A DNA stretch of 64,000 nucleotides from an uncultured Gemmatimonadales bacterium (GCA_963825055.1 CAWGSK010000012.1:544001-608000), one strand, 5' to 3'; positions 1-9,681 are shown, counted from the stretch's first letter. The notes: a model not told the origin generated them from the sequence alone. Numbers and translations: made by a program.

Positions 1-656
1 ATGCCGGTAGGGCCGTCGGCCGCAATGGCAAGACCGAGGGCGATGCGCCCACTGTCGCCCGGCGGAATGGTCACGTTGGAAAGGCCCGCCCCGCTGTAGA
101 GAAGGCGCAGGCCACCCGACCGCAGCGTATCCGCCACCATGATGCTGTCGAGCAGGTTGGCAGCCACGAGGGACGTGTCGATGTCTGCGAACGTGGTGGT
201 GCTGTCGAGCGTCGGGGGAAGCCGGTACAGGAGCACCCGCAGGTTATGCACCGTCGTGTCCCGCGCCTGCAGGAAGAAGGAAATCGACAGCGAGTCCACG
301 GTATAGCTTCGCAGCGTGTCGCGCACCAGGACCGAGTCGGGGAGCGGCAGGAACTGGATCAGGGCCCGGTCGTCGGAGGCGGCCAGGTTGTTGCTGACCC
401 GGAGGGAGGCCCCCAGCCCCGGCTTGACGTACCCGACGTAGGCGCTGTCCTGGCCGAGGTCCGCGGTGATCACGGTGTCCAGCACCGTGGGCTGGCCGCC
501 CGGACAGAGCGCGGGACAGTCGCCCGGCGCGGTCAGCTCATCGCGACAGGCCACGACCAGCAGCGCGAGCCCGAACAATCCCACGCCGAGCGGCAGGAAC
601 CGCCGGGGCCGGAAGAACGAGGCCCGGCGCACCGGGCAGGCAGAGCTATCCGTCAT
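1..656 (-). CDS. Putative lipoprotein, hypothetical (runs off the left edge; not in ORF track)
   Basis: Read manually from ATG at 656: MTDSSACPVRRASFFRPRRFLPLGVGLFGLALLVVAC-RDELTAPGDCPALCPGG..., with a basic N-region, hydrophobic core and LVVAC lipobox; open frame to position 1. Confidence 0.7.
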   Translation of the reverse strand, partial: MTDSSACPVRRASFFRPRRFLPLGVGLFGLALLVVACRDELTAPGDCPALCPGGQPTVLDTVITADLGQDSAYVGYVKPGLGASLRVSNNLAASDDRALIQFLPLPDSVLVRDTLRSYTVDSLSISFFLQARDTTVHNLRVLLYRLPPTLDSTTTFADIDTSLVAANLLDSIMVADTLRSGGLRLLYSGAGLSNVTIPPGDSGRIALGLAIAADGPTG

Positions 657-695
657 ATGCAGAAAGATCCATGCATCCCGTGTGTCCCGTGAGTC

Positions 696-1079
696 CTACA
701 GGTCCCGCTTGGTAAAGGCGTCGGGCAGGAGCTGATCCAGTGTCCAGGAGCGCTCGCCCGCCGGTCCGACTGCGCGGACCTCGAGGCCCGGGGCGAACTC
801 CGACAACACCTGGCGACAGCCGCCGCAGGGCGCCGACGGCGGGTCCGCGTCAGTCACGACCACGATGCGGGTGAATCCCCGCGCCCCTGCGGTAACAGCC
901 GCGCCCACCGCCATTCTTTCCGCGCAGATCGCGAGCGGATGCGCGGCGTTCTCCACATTACAGCCGGTGAAAATCCGGCCGTCGTCGGTCTCCAGGGCCG
1001 CCCCGACCCGGAACTTCGAGTAGGGCGCGTAGGCCTGTCGCTGCGCTGCCCTCGCGGCTTCCACCAGGCGGTCAATCAC
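696..1079 (-). CDS. cdd: Cytidine deaminase (homotetrameric type)
   Basis: AYAPYSKFRVGAA, GCNVENA, CAER and PCGGCRQ zinc motifs; GTG start at 1079 overlaps the deoB stop. Confidence 0.93.
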   Translation of the reverse strand: MIDRLVEAARAAQRQAYAPYSKFRVGAALETDDGRIFTGCNVENAAHPLAICAERMAVGAAVTAGARGFTRIVVVTDADPPSAPCGGCRQVLSEFAPGLEVRAVGPAGERSWTLDQLLPDAFTKRDL

Positions 1080-2238
1080 CCAGGACCTCACCAAGAAAGG
1101 ACGTACCGGCCCCGAGCGGGGCGGCGCCCAGGAACTCCGCCACCGTCTGGCCGATGTCGGCGAACGTCGCCCGCTCGCCGAGGGAGACCGGCTGTATCCG
1201 GGGACCGTACACCAGGAGCGGCACGACCTCCCGCGCATGGTCGCTCGACGCGGTGGTGGGGTCGTTGCCGTGATCGGCAGTAAGTATAACCATGTCGTCG
1301 CTTCGCACGGACTCCAGCAGCGCGGGAAGGGCACGGTCCAGCTCTCCGAGGCCGGCATGGAACCCGGCGACATCGTTGCGGTGTCCCCACGACTGGTCGA
1401 ACTCGATCACGTTCGCGAAGATCAGTCCCGTCTCGAGCGCCTCCAGTGCCTCGCGGAGCAGGCGGTAGGCATCGGCGTTCGTGGGCGTATGGACGCTGCT
1501 GATCCCCCGCCCCGCGAAGAGGTCGTCCACCTTGCCGACGCCGACCCGGGGGATGCCGTGAGCCGCGAGCGCGTCCAGCAGCGTGTCGCCCGGCGGCGCA
1601 ACGCTGTAGTCCCGTCGGCCGGACGTGCGCCGCCAGGCGCCGGGCGTGCCGATGAACGGCCGCGCGATCACGCGTGACACCGCGTGCTCCCCGGTGAGTA
1701 TCCCACGAGCGGCCTCGCAGGCGGCGTACAGTTCCGCGAGCGGCACGACTTCCTCGTGGGCCGCGACCTGGAAGACGCTGTCCGCTGAGGTATAGACGAT
1801 CCAGTCGCCCGTGCGGACATGCTCCTCGGCCAGCTCATCCAGAATGGCAGTGCCTGACGCAGCCCGGTTGCCGAGCACGCCGCGACCGGTCAGGCGAGTG
1901 AACTCTTCCACCACCACGGCCGGAAATCCGTCCGGGTAGGTGGGAAACGGCTCGGCCAGCCGGATCCCGCAGATCTCCCAGTGGCCCGTCGTGCTGTCCT
2001 TGCCGGGGCTCGCCGGCGCGCACGCGCCCCACGCGGCCCGCGGTTCCGCCACCGCTGCGATCCCCTGGAGGGGCCGGATGCGTCCCAGTCCCAGGCTTTC
2101 GAGGACCGGCAGGTGCAGCCCGCCGACAGCGCGTGCCACGTTGCCGAGGGTGTCACTCCCGGCGTCCCCGTACCGGTCGGTATCGGGCGCGGGTCCGATC
2201 CCGAGACCATCGAGCACGATGATCGCCGCGCGGCGCAT
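1072..2238 (-). CDS. deoB: Phosphopentomutase
   Basis: IVLDGLGIG, GKDSTTGHWE, YTSADSVFQ, FDQSWGHRND, TADHGNDP motifs. Confidence 0.95.
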   Translation of the reverse strand: MRRAAIIVLDGLGIGPAPDTDRYGDAGSDTLGNVARAVGGLHLPVLESLGLGRIRPLQGIAAVAEPRAAWGACAPASPGKDSTTGHWEICGIRLAEPFPTYPDGFPAVVVEEFTRLTGRGVLGNRAASGTAILDELAEEHVRTGDWIVYTSADSVFQVAAHEEVVPLAELYAACEAARGILTGEHAVSRVIARPFIGTPGAWRRTSGRRDYSVAPPGDTLLDALAAHGIPRVGVGKVDDLFAGRGISSVHTPTNADAYRLLREALEALETGLIFANVIEFDQSWGHRNDVAGFHAGLGELDRALPALLESVRSDDMVILTADHGNDPTTASSDHAREVVPLLVYGPRIQPVSLGERATFADIGQTVAEFLGAAPLGAGTSFLGEVLGD

Positions 2239-2486
2239 CAGCCCTTCGGCTCGCTCTGGACAAAACGGAACCGAAGCCCCGTGATCAGGTCATCGAGCAG
2301 TTTCTGCTCATCCTGGTCAAGCTGTCCAGCTGTCTTCTCCTGCAGCATGCCCAGCGTATCGATCATGGTACGGGCCATGTCGCGCACGGAGGTGCCCTCG
2401 GGCAGTCCCTCCGGGGCCTGGCCCTGGATGAGTCCCTCGGCCTGCTGGCCGATACCGATAACGAGCGACGCGAACAATGGGTTCAT
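2238..2486 (-). CDS. DUF1844-like small helical protein
   Basis: ARTMIDTLGMLQEKTAGQLDQDEQKLLDDLITGLRFRFV signature; ATGA overlap with the alr stop and 1-nt overlap with the deoB start. Confidence 0.8.
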   Translation of the reverse strand: MNPLFASLVIGIGQQAEGLIQGQAPEGLPEGTSVRDMARTMIDTLGMLQEKTAGQLDQDEQKLLDDLITGLRFRFVQSEPKG

Positions 2487-3568
2487 GCGCTGGTGCCTCC
2501 ATAACGCCGGATGACGCGCCTTCCGAGCGAGGTGAGCAGTTCGTAACTGATGGTACCGGCCAGTTGCGCCTGGCGGTCGAGGGTCAGATCGTCTCCGATG
2601 ATCGTCGCAACCGCGCCCACGGCGGTATGGGTTTCGCCCAGGTGAACCATGGTCATGTCCATGGTGATCGAGCCGGCCATCGAGTGGATCGTGCCACCGA
2701 GCCGCACCAGGCCCCGGTTTTCCAGGCTCCGCAGGAGCCCGTCGGCATAGCCGATGGACAGGGTGGCTACCCACCCCGCTCGAGCGGCGCGCCAGCGTCT
2801 CCCATAGCCGACCGTATCGCCGGGCTGGACCCCCCGCACAGCCACCACCCGCGCCGAGACCCGGAGAACGGCCCGTGGCGCCCGCCCGCCGGCGGCGCCC
2901 CCGTAGAGATAGATGCCCGGACGGACCATGTCGGCCGCATACCGCCTGTCGCGGAGCGAAGCGGAGCTGTTCGCCATGTGGAGAATCGGAGGGCGGCTGG
3001 GCATGGCCTCCGTCACGGCGGCGAACCGCCCGGCCTGGACGTCCAGGGTGTCCGGCGCATCGTCCGCGGAATGGAAATGGGTGAAAAGCCCTTCCCAGCC
3101 GCCACAACCGGCCAGGCGGGAGCCAAGCTCCCCGATGGCCGGTGCGTCGTCCCAGCGGAATCCCGCCCGGCCCATCCCAGTGTCCACTTCCACATGGAAG
3201 GGGCGCGCGGTACGCGCCGTCCAGGCCTCCAGCGCGGCCAGGTCGCCAATGACGGGTCGGATATCGTGCTCGAGGAAGGACTCGACCAGCGCCGGCAGGA
3301 GGGGCGTAAATGCGATGACGGGGCGGTCGAGACCGGCGGCGCGGAGCTCCAGCGCCTCGGGAAGCGTGGCAACCCCGTAGCCGAAGGGCTCAACCGCCTC
3401 CAGCGCCCGGGCGACCGGAACCGCGCCAAGCCCATAGGCGTCCGCCTTGACCATCGGCAGGAGTCGAGTTCCCGACGCCTCGGCGATGTTCCGGGCGTTA
3501 GCCACGATTGCGGCCAGATCGATGTCGGCCCAGGCGCGGGCGGTATCCGCCGAGTTTGACGTGGTCAC
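2483..3568 (-). CDS. alr: Alanine racemase
   Basis: AWADIDL, VKADAYG (PLP Lys), VDTGMGRAG, HMANS, VRPGIYLYG, VGYG, IGYADG, MDM, ISYELLT; GTG start at 3568 inferred. Confidence 0.93.
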   Translation of the reverse strand: MTTSNSADTARAWADIDLAAIVANARNIAEASGTRLLPMVKADAYGLGAVPVARALEAVEPFGYGVATLPEALELRAAGLDRPVIAFTPLLPALVESFLEHDIRPVIGDLAALEAWTARTARPFHVEVDTGMGRAGFRWDDAPAIGELGSRLAGCGGWEGLFTHFHSADDAPDTLDVQAGRFAAVTEAMPSRPPILHMANSSASLRDRRYAADMVRPGIYLYGGAAGGRAPRAVLRVSARVVAVRGVQPGDTVGYGRRWRAARAGWVATLSIGYADGLLRSLENRGLVRLGGTIHSMAGSITMDMTMVHLGETHTAVGAVATIIGDDLTLDRQAQLAGTISYELLTSLGRRVIRRYGGTSA

Positions 3569-3584
3569 AGGCGGCGGGTATGAT
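3556..3584 (+). promoter_or_regulatory. Putative sigma70 promoter for mazG
   Basis: TTGACG (3556-3561), 17-nt spacer, TATGAT (3579-3584); GGAGG RBS at 3594-3598 before ATG 3603. Confidence 0.65.
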
Positions 3585-3602
3585 ACCGGCCACGGAGGAT
3601 AA

Positions 3603-4388
3603 ATGCAAGAGAAATCAGCGCTTGGGCGCGCCCTGGAGACCGTGCGGGACCTCAGGAAGCGCTGCCCGTGGGACCGGGCCCAGACCCGGGAAACCCTGCG
3701 GCCGTATCTGGTGGAAGAGGTGCTCGAACTGGACGCCGCCCTGCGCGAGGAGGATCGTCCGGCCATCCGGGAGGAGATAGGGGATTTCCTCCTTCACCTG
3801 GCCTGGCAGTTCGTCATCGCCGAGGAGAACGGGGAGTTCACGCCGGAGGAGATCGGACGGGAGCTGGAGGCCAAGATGCGGCGCAGACATCCCCACCTGT
3901 ACGACCTGGGGCCCGCCGAGCCGTGGGAACGGCTCAAGCAACGGGAAGGTCCCCGCGCCACGTTCGACGGCCTGCCCCGCACCCTGCCGGCCCTGATGAT
4001 GGCCTTCCGGCTCCAGCAGCGCGCGGCGGCACTGGGGTTTGACTGGCCTGACACGGACGGCCCGGCTGCCAAGGTCCGCGAGGAGCTGGCGGAAGTGGAG
4101 GAGCACCTGCCGCGCGCTGCGCCACCCGACCCCGCCGCGGACCCGAACCAGCCGTCCCTCCCGGCGGAAGCGCTCGTGGAGGAGATCGGGGACCTGCTTT
4201 TCGCAGTGGTGAACCTCGCCCGGAAGGCGCAGGTCGACCCGACCCTGGCACTGGACCGGGCCAACAGGAAGTTCCGTGAGCGGTTTGCTGGCATCGAGCG
4301 GCTGGCCGTCGAGCGTGGCGTGGACGTGGGAACCGCGGGGCTGGAGGTGCTGGATGGGATGTGGGAGGAGGTGAAGAGTAGTGAGTAG
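3603..4388 (+). CDS. mazG: Nucleoside triphosphate pyrophosphohydrolase MazG
   Basis: CPWDRAQT, EEVLEL, EEIGD, KMRRRHPHL, GFDWP, EEIGDLLFAVVNLAR, ANRKFRERF (two MazG domains). Confidence 0.93.
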   Translation: MQEKSALGRALETVRDLRKRCPWDRAQTRETLRPYLVEEVLELDAALREEDRPAIREEIGDFLLHLAWQFVIAEENGEFTPEEIGRELEAKMRRRHPHLYDLGPAEPWERLKQREGPRATFDGLPRTLPALMMAFRLQQRAAALGFDWPDTDGPAAKVREELAEVEEHLPRAAPPDPAADPNQPSLPAEALVEEIGDLLFAVVNLARKAQVDPTLALDRANRKFRERFAGIERLAVERGVDVGTAGLEVLDGMWEEVKSSE

Positions 4389-4487
4389 TGAGTAGTGAGT
4401 AGTGCTTCAGGGCTGGCGATGGTTAGCGCAGCGCACATTCGCTGCACGCCCAGGCACTATCCACTATTCACTACTCACTGCTCACTG
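4376..4487. repeat. Inverted pair of heptamer tandem arrays forming a long hairpin; probable bidirectional terminator or REP-like element
   Basis: (GAGTAGT)x4 at 4376-4403 and degenerate complementary units (CACTATC, CACTATT, CACTACT, CACTGCT, CACTG) at about 4455-4487; inner GCAGCG/CGCTGC hairpin; lies between convergent mazG and asnS. Confidence 0.8.
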
Positions 4488-4490
4488 TCG

Positions 4491-5786
4491 TCACGGATAC
4501 AACCGGTGAATCTGCCGCGGAAACGCGATCGCCTCCCGGATGTGCGGGATACCGCAGATCCAGGCGACCGTGCGCTCAAGGCCGAGGCCGAAGCCCGAAT
4601 GCACGAAGGTGCCGTACCTCCGGAGATCCAGGTACCAGCGGTAGGCCTCCGGATCCAGCCCCTGTTCCCGAATCCGCGCCAGGAGGCGGTCGTAGTCGTC
4701 CTCGCGTTGTGATCCGCCGATGATTTCGCCGTAGCCTTCCGGGGCGAGGCAGTCGTTGCCCAGCACGGTGCGCGGGTCGTCGGGGTTCTCCTTCATGTAG
4801 AAGGCCTTGACCTCGCGGGGATAGTTGAACACGAACACGGGCCGGTCGTACTGTTGGGCCAGCAGGGTCTCGTCGTCGCCCCCCAGGTCACTGCCCCACT
4901 GGATATCGGAGCCGAGACCGTTGAGTTTCGTGACCGCATCAGTGTAGGAGATCCGCGGGAACGGCGCCGTCACCCGCTCGAGCGGGGCCGTGTCGCGTTC
5001 CAGTTCCTTGAGTTCCTCCGTCCTGGCCTCGAGGGCGCGGGCCACGATGTAGCTGACGAACCGCTCCTGCAGGCGCATGTTATCATCGGAATCGTTGAAG
5101 GCGACCTCGGGCTCCACCATCCAGAACTCGGTGAGATGGCGGCGGGTCTTGGACTTTTCCGCCCGGAACGTGGGCCCGAAACAGTAGATCTTGCCGAGCG
5201 CGGCCGCGGCGGCCTCCCCATACAGCTGGCCGGTCTGGGCAAGATACGCCCGGCCGAGATCGAAGTACTCCGTCGAGAAGAGGTTCCCGGCTTCCTCGCC
5301 GATGGACCCCGTCAGGATGGGTGTGTCGACCAGCGTAAAGCCATCCGCGTAGAAGAAGTCCCGGATGGCCTGGACAACCTCGTGGCGGACCCTGGCGATG
5401 GCGACCTGGCGGCGGCTCCGGAGCCAGAGGTGTCTATGTTCGAAGAGGTAAGTCGTCCCATGTTCTTTAGGAGTGATGGGAAAGTCGACGCTGGGCCCGA
5501 TCAGGGCGACGCCGGTGGCATGCAGCTCATACCCACCGGGGGCCCGCTCGTCTGCCCGGACCGTTCCCGTCACCGCGATGCTGGACTCCTGGGTCAGCCC
5601 GCCGGCAAGTTCCCAGTCGGCCTCGGGCACCTCGCGCCGGCTCACGACCGCCTGGAGATACCCGGTCCCGTCCCGCAGCACGATGAACGCCACCTTGCCA
5701 CTGGACCGGACGGTCATGACCCAGCCCTGGACGGTGACCGACGTGTCGACGTGCGCTGACAGTTCGTTGATCCTGACCGAGGCCAT
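4491..5786 (-). CDS. asnS: Asparagine--tRNA ligase
   Basis: OB-fold N-terminus, RHLWLRS, YLAQTGQLY, FRAEKSKTRRHLTEFWMVEPE, GEIIGGSQRE, HSGFGLGLER. Confidence 0.96.
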   Translation of the reverse strand: MASVRINELSAHVDTSVTVQGWVMTVRSSGKVAFIVLRDGTGYLQAVVSRREVPEADWELAGGLTQESSIAVTGTVRADERAPGGYELHATGVALIGPSVDFPITPKEHGTTYLFEHRHLWLRSRRQVAIARVRHEVVQAIRDFFYADGFTLVDTPILTGSIGEEAGNLFSTEYFDLGRAYLAQTGQLYGEAAAAALGKIYCFGPTFRAEKSKTRRHLTEFWMVEPEVAFNDSDDNMRLQERFVSYIVARALEARTEELKELERDTAPLERVTAPFPRISYTDAVTKLNGLGSDIQWGSDLGGDDETLLAQQYDRPVFVFNYPREVKAFYMKENPDDPRTVLGNDCLAPEGYGEIIGGSQREDDYDRLLARIREQGLDPEAYRWYLDLRRYGTFVHSGFGLGLERTVAWICGIPHIREAIAFPRQIHRLYP

Positions 5787-5795
5787 GATCTGCCT

Positions 5796-6902
5796 ATGCT
5801 GAAGTGTGGTTCCTGGGGACGACGCGGCTGGATTCTAGCCCTCCTGCTGGGGACCGTCAACGCGGCCTGCGGGGGGTATCGCCGCGTGCCCGACGTGCGC
5901 ACCACCCCCGACGGAGCACCGCGCGAGGTACCCGGGAGCCCGCTCCTCGAGATCTGGCGTCACCATGTCAGCCGCGGGCTGAGCGGCGTCACCGCGATGG
6001 CGGGAGACACCGTGCTGTACCTCGCCAGCTCCGATCGCCACGTGACGGCGGTGGATCTCCGAAGCGGTGTCGAGCGGTGGAAGATCAGGATCGCGGGGCC
6101 GGCCGCGCTCGGCGTGCTGCTGTGGGAGGCGCTGGTGTTTGTGCCGACGGAGCTGCCCGATGGCAGCGTTCACGCCCTGAGCGCCGTACGCGGCTCCCCG
6201 GTATGGGAAAGCGACGTCGGTCCCGCCAATGCCCCGCTGGCCGTCGTGGACGATGTCCTCATCGTCCTGGCCCGCGACGGTCGGGCTTACGGCCTGAACC
6301 CCCGGACGGGGAAGGTCCGCTGGCGGCAGCGCGCAGGGATCGCGCGCGCGCCGGCCCTGCAGGCCGGCCCCGGCCGGGCGTTCGTGGGAACCCTCGATTC
6401 CCTCTTCCTGCTGGAGAGCGACAACGGTCGCATCGTGGAGCGACGCCGGGCCCCCGGCCCCGTCGTCTCCCGCTGGGTGCGCGAGGGAGACCTGTACCTG
6501 GCCGGTACCACCGACAGCCAGCTGGTCGCGGTTCACGCCGACGACCTGACCACCGCATGGAGCGTTCCGCTCGATGCGCCCGTGACTACCACGCCGGTCG
6601 TCAGGGATGGTGCCGCAATCCTCGTGACGCGTATCGGCACGCTGTACCGTGTCCCCCTCGCCTCCCCGGATGATGCAGCGGCAATCGCAGGGCTCCGGTG
6701 GCCGGCTACGACCGCTCCCCTTCCCCTGGGCGACGTGATCATCCTGGGCGGCGCCGACGGGACGATCCAGGCGATCAGCGATGAAGGGAGGGTCGCGTGG
6801 CACGTCTCGCTCACCCCACCCCTCACCCAGGACCTGCTGCGGATGGATGACGGGCTCCTGGCCATCGGGGGCCGCGGCGACCTGATCCGGTACCGGCAAT
6901 GA
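5796..6902 (+). CDS. PQQ-like beta-propeller lipoprotein (BamB-like)
   Basis: Signal peptide with VNAAC lipobox; repeated A(V/L)D..(S/T)G...W propeller blades (AVDLRSGVERW, GLNPRTGKVRW). Confidence 0.75.
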   Translation: MLKCGSWGRRGWILALLLGTVNAACGGYRRVPDVRTTPDGAPREVPGSPLLEIWRHHVSRGLSGVTAMAGDTVLYLASSDRHVTAVDLRSGVERWKIRIAGPAALGVLLWEALVFVPTELPDGSVHALSAVRGSPVWESDVGPANAPLAVVDDVLIVLARDGRAYGLNPRTGKVRWRQRAGIARAPALQAGPGRAFVGTLDSLFLLESDNGRIVERRRAPGPVVSRWVREGDLYLAGTTDSQLVAVHADDLTTAWSVPLDAPVTTTPVVRDGAAILVTRIGTLYRVPLASPDDAAAIAGLRWPATTAPLPLGDVIILGGADGTIQAISDEGRVAWHVSLTPPLTQDLLRMDDGLLAIGGRGDLIRYRQ

Positions 6903-7369
6903 AACGACTCTTCACGGTGCTCCTCCTCCCGGCCCTCCTCGCCGCCCCGCTCGGCGCCCAGCAGCGGACAGCGGCGCAGCCGTCGCCACCCCTGGTCAAG
7001 TACGGCAAGTGGGCCCTCGTGGCCGCCTCGGGGCTCCTCAACATCATGGCGGCCCGGGAACACAACGATGCCGAGTCGGCTTTCGGGCAGATCCGGGAGC
7101 AGTGTACAGTCGACTCGTCTCTCTGTGCGACGGATCCATCCGGCGCCTACGCCGATGCGGCGCTCGAGGCGCTCTATCAGACCACGCTCGACCATGACCG
7201 GTCGGCCCGCCGCTACCTGTTCGCCGGGGAAACCGCGCTGGCCGGCGCCGCCGTGATGTTCATCTGGGAGCTCACCCGTCCCAAGGGCGGACCGGACAAT
7301 ATTCCCTTCGAACCAACGGTCGACTACCGCGCCGGCGGGACGACTATCGGGCTGCAATTCCGCTTCTGA
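6899..7369 (+). CDS. Hypothetical exported/membrane protein
   Basis: Signal peptide (MKRLFTVLLLPALLAAPLGA|QQ), two hydrophobic segments, a Cys pair, C-terminal IGLQFRF; ATGA overlap with the upstream gene. Confidence 0.7.
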   Translation: MKRLFTVLLLPALLAAPLGAQQRTAAQPSPPLVKYGKWALVAASGLLNIMAAREHNDAESAFGQIREQCTVDSSLCATDPSGAYADAALEALYQTTLDHDRSARRYLFAGETALAGAAVMFIWELTRPKGGPDNIPFEPTVDYRAGGTTIGLQFRF

Positions 7370-7398
7370 CCGACCCTGCTTCCGGGAAGGAGGCCCCC

Positions 7399-9675
7399 AT
7401 GATCGCGCGCAACCTCGTCCTCCCCTCCGTGGTGGGACTCGCGCTCTGTGCCGCTCCCTCACTGGCCGCGCAGGAGCCTGCGCAGCGTTCCCGCCTCGCC
7501 GCCCTGGAAGACTCCCTCGCCCACACCGTGGACAGTGCTGCCCTTCTCGCGAGGGAGGCCCGCGTGATCGAGCGTGCGAAAGCCGATCGGGACAACCCGA
7601 TGATCCACCTGGAACTGGGCCTGCTCGCGCTGCGCCTGGGACGCCTGGCCGGGTCCCCCGATCACCTGGATGACGCAGGAAGCGAGTTCGAATGGGCCGC
7701 AGAGCTGGAGCCGGACTGGCCGTGGCCGTGGTACGGCCTCGGCCTGACCGAACTCGAACTCGTTGATCACCCGCTCCAGCCGGTGGTCGGGCTGAACCGG
7801 GTCAGGAACGCACTGGACCTGGACGAGGTGAACAAGTCCGCCCGGGCCTTCGAGCACGCGCTCGATACCGACCCGAACTTCGCCCCGGCCCTCGGGGGTC
7901 TCGCGGAGGCTGCCCTCCGGGAGCAGGGCGCGTCGCACCTGGAGAGCGCGCTGCGCCGGCTCCGGGACGCCGCCGGAAGGCCGGCCGGCCGTTCTCCGCC
8001 CATGCAGCTCGCCCGTGGACGGCTCGAGCGACAGATTGGGTCCGCCGACAGCGCGCTCGCCGCATTCCGGGCCTACCTCCGGGCGGGGGGCGACAGCGGC
8101 GTCGGGCTGCTGGAGGTGTCCCGGAGCCTGTTCGACCTCGGCCGTACGCGGGAGGCGATCGCCACCTGGCAGGATGCATCCGAGCACGTGCGCAGCGACG
8201 ACGCGGTGTCGATGATGCGCTCGGACATTGCCTGGATCGCCACGGCGGAGGAACTGAAGGAGTGGGACGGGCTCTCCGCTGGCGGGCGGGCGTCGTGGCT
8301 GGCCGGTTTCTGGCGCGAACGCGACATCGAAAGCGGGCGCGCGGCCGGAGAGCGCCTCGCGGAGCACTACCGCCGCTGGTTCGTCGTCATGCGCAGTTTC
8401 CGGCGCCCGGCGAGCCTCTACCGTGAGCGGGACCTGATCTACCCCTATCACAGTGACCAGCGCCTGGTGGACGATCGCGGGATCATCTACATGCGCCATG
8501 GTCCGCCCGATGACATCGCGAGCTTCTCGGGCAGCGGCACCGAGGAGGTCGGCATCCCGGTCAACGTCTCCTGGCGCTACTACCGGCCCGACGGCGACCT
8601 CATCCTCCATTTCCGGGCCGCGTCGGGAGTCATGGACTACCGCCTGATCGAAAGCCTGACGGATGTCTACGGCTTCGAGCTCGGAGTGGCCCTCCAGACC
8701 GGCGCGCTGCAGAACAGCCACCCACCCGTCCTCTCGACCGACACGGACAAGGTCAGGCAGTTCCGGCCCCTGATGGCCTCGCGGAGTGGCCTGGACCCGC
8801 GCTACCAGCTGATGGCGACGTCGCTCGACCTCGGCCGCGGCCTGGTGCTGGCCAACGAGCGCGAGCGGGGCCACAAAGCCATCGCCACGGCGACAACGAC
8901 CGACAGCTACCTCCTGAAATACGAGCACCCGCTCCACGCCACGGTCGCGCGATATGCACTCGCCCCCAGTGGCCCCGGCAGCAGCCGGTTGCTCCTGGTG
9001 TACGCGCTCCCCGCCGACGACCTCGCGCCATCAGGGCACGACAGCGTTTCCGTCCGGCTCCACGTTATCGCCGTGGATGGAGACAATGGCGTCATCGAGG
9101 CGGACTCGACACGCACGGTGGCCGTTCCCCCGGCGGGTGGGCACTCCGTGGGATTCCTTGACCTCGCCGCAGCCCCGGGACGGTATCGTGTGACAGCCGT
9201 GCTCGAGACAGGAGACGGCAGCACCGGCCGCGCACTCCGGTGGGACGATGTCGTGGTGCCGTCGCTCGGCGGAAACTCCGTGGAGTTGTCGGACCTGGTC
9301 GTGGGGAAGAGTGGCGGCCTGACATGGAGGGCGGGCGGGCGCACGGTGGACCTCAACCCCGGCAACCGTTTTGCGGGCGAGGATACCCTGTCGCTCTATT
9401 ACGAGGTGGGCGGCATCGCACCGGGGACCAGGTACCGCACGCGCATCGAGGTGCAGCGCACCGACAGGAGCCTGGTGGAACGTGTGACGGGACAGGAACG
9501 TCGTCCGATCGTGCTCGGGTTCGAGGAGCAGGCTTCTGCCGCGCCGATGCGCCTGACCCGCGCCGTGGACCTTCAGCTGCTCCCACCGGGCAACTACCGG
9601 ATCACTGTTTCCCTCGAGCTCCCGGGCGGCGAGGCGCTTGCCTCGCGCAGCAGCGTCTTCCGGGTGGACCGGTGA
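7399..9675 (+). CDS. Exported TPR + GWxTD-like domain protein
   Basis: Signal peptide; TPR-like N-half; FWRERD...ERLAEHYRR and DDRGIIYMRHGPPD matching the GWxTD-domain core; beta-rich C-terminal domains; AGGAGG RBS. Confidence 0.75.
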   Translation: MIARNLVLPSVVGLALCAAPSLAAQEPAQRSRLAALEDSLAHTVDSAALLAREARVIERAKADRDNPMIHLELGLLALRLGRLAGSPDHLDDAGSEFEWAAELEPDWPWPWYGLGLTELELVDHPLQPVVGLNRVRNALDLDEVNKSARAFEHALDTDPNFAPALGGLAEAALREQGASHLESALRRLRDAAGRPAGRSPPMQLARGRLERQIGSADSALAAFRAYLRAGGDSGVGLLEVSRSLFDLGRTREAIATWQDASEHVRSDDAVSMMRSDIAWIATAEELKEWDGLSAGGRASWLAGFWRERDIESGRAAGERLAEHYRRWFVVMRSFRRPASLYRERDLIYPYHSDQRLVDDRGIIYMRHGPPDDIASFSGSGTEEVGIPVNVSWRYYRPDGDLILHFRAASGVMDYRLIESLTDVYGFELGVALQTGALQNSHPPVLSTDTDKVRQFRPLMASRSGLDPRYQLMATSLDLGRGLVLANERERGHKAIATATTTDSYLLKYEHPLHATVARYALAPSGPGSSRLLLVYALPADDLAPSGHDSVSVRLHVIAVDGDNGVIEADSTRTVAVPPAGGHSVGFLDLAAAPGRYRVTAVLETGDGSTGRALRWDDVVVPSLGGNSVELSDLVVGKSGGLTWRAGGRTVDLNPGNRFAGEDTLSLYYEVGGIAPGTRYRTRIEVQRTDRSLVERVTGQERRPIVLGFEEQASAAPMRLTRAVDLQLLPPGNYRITVSLELPGGEALASRSSVFRVDR

Positions 9676-9681
9676 CCTACC

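Noticed and set aside
246..735. Plus-strand ORFs 246-692 and 466-735
   Set aside because: The minus-strand frame from 656 encodes a much more convincing lipoprotein, co-oriented with cdd
4376..4487. Possible CRISPR array
   Set aside because: Units are contiguous 7-mers without spacers, and no cas genes are present
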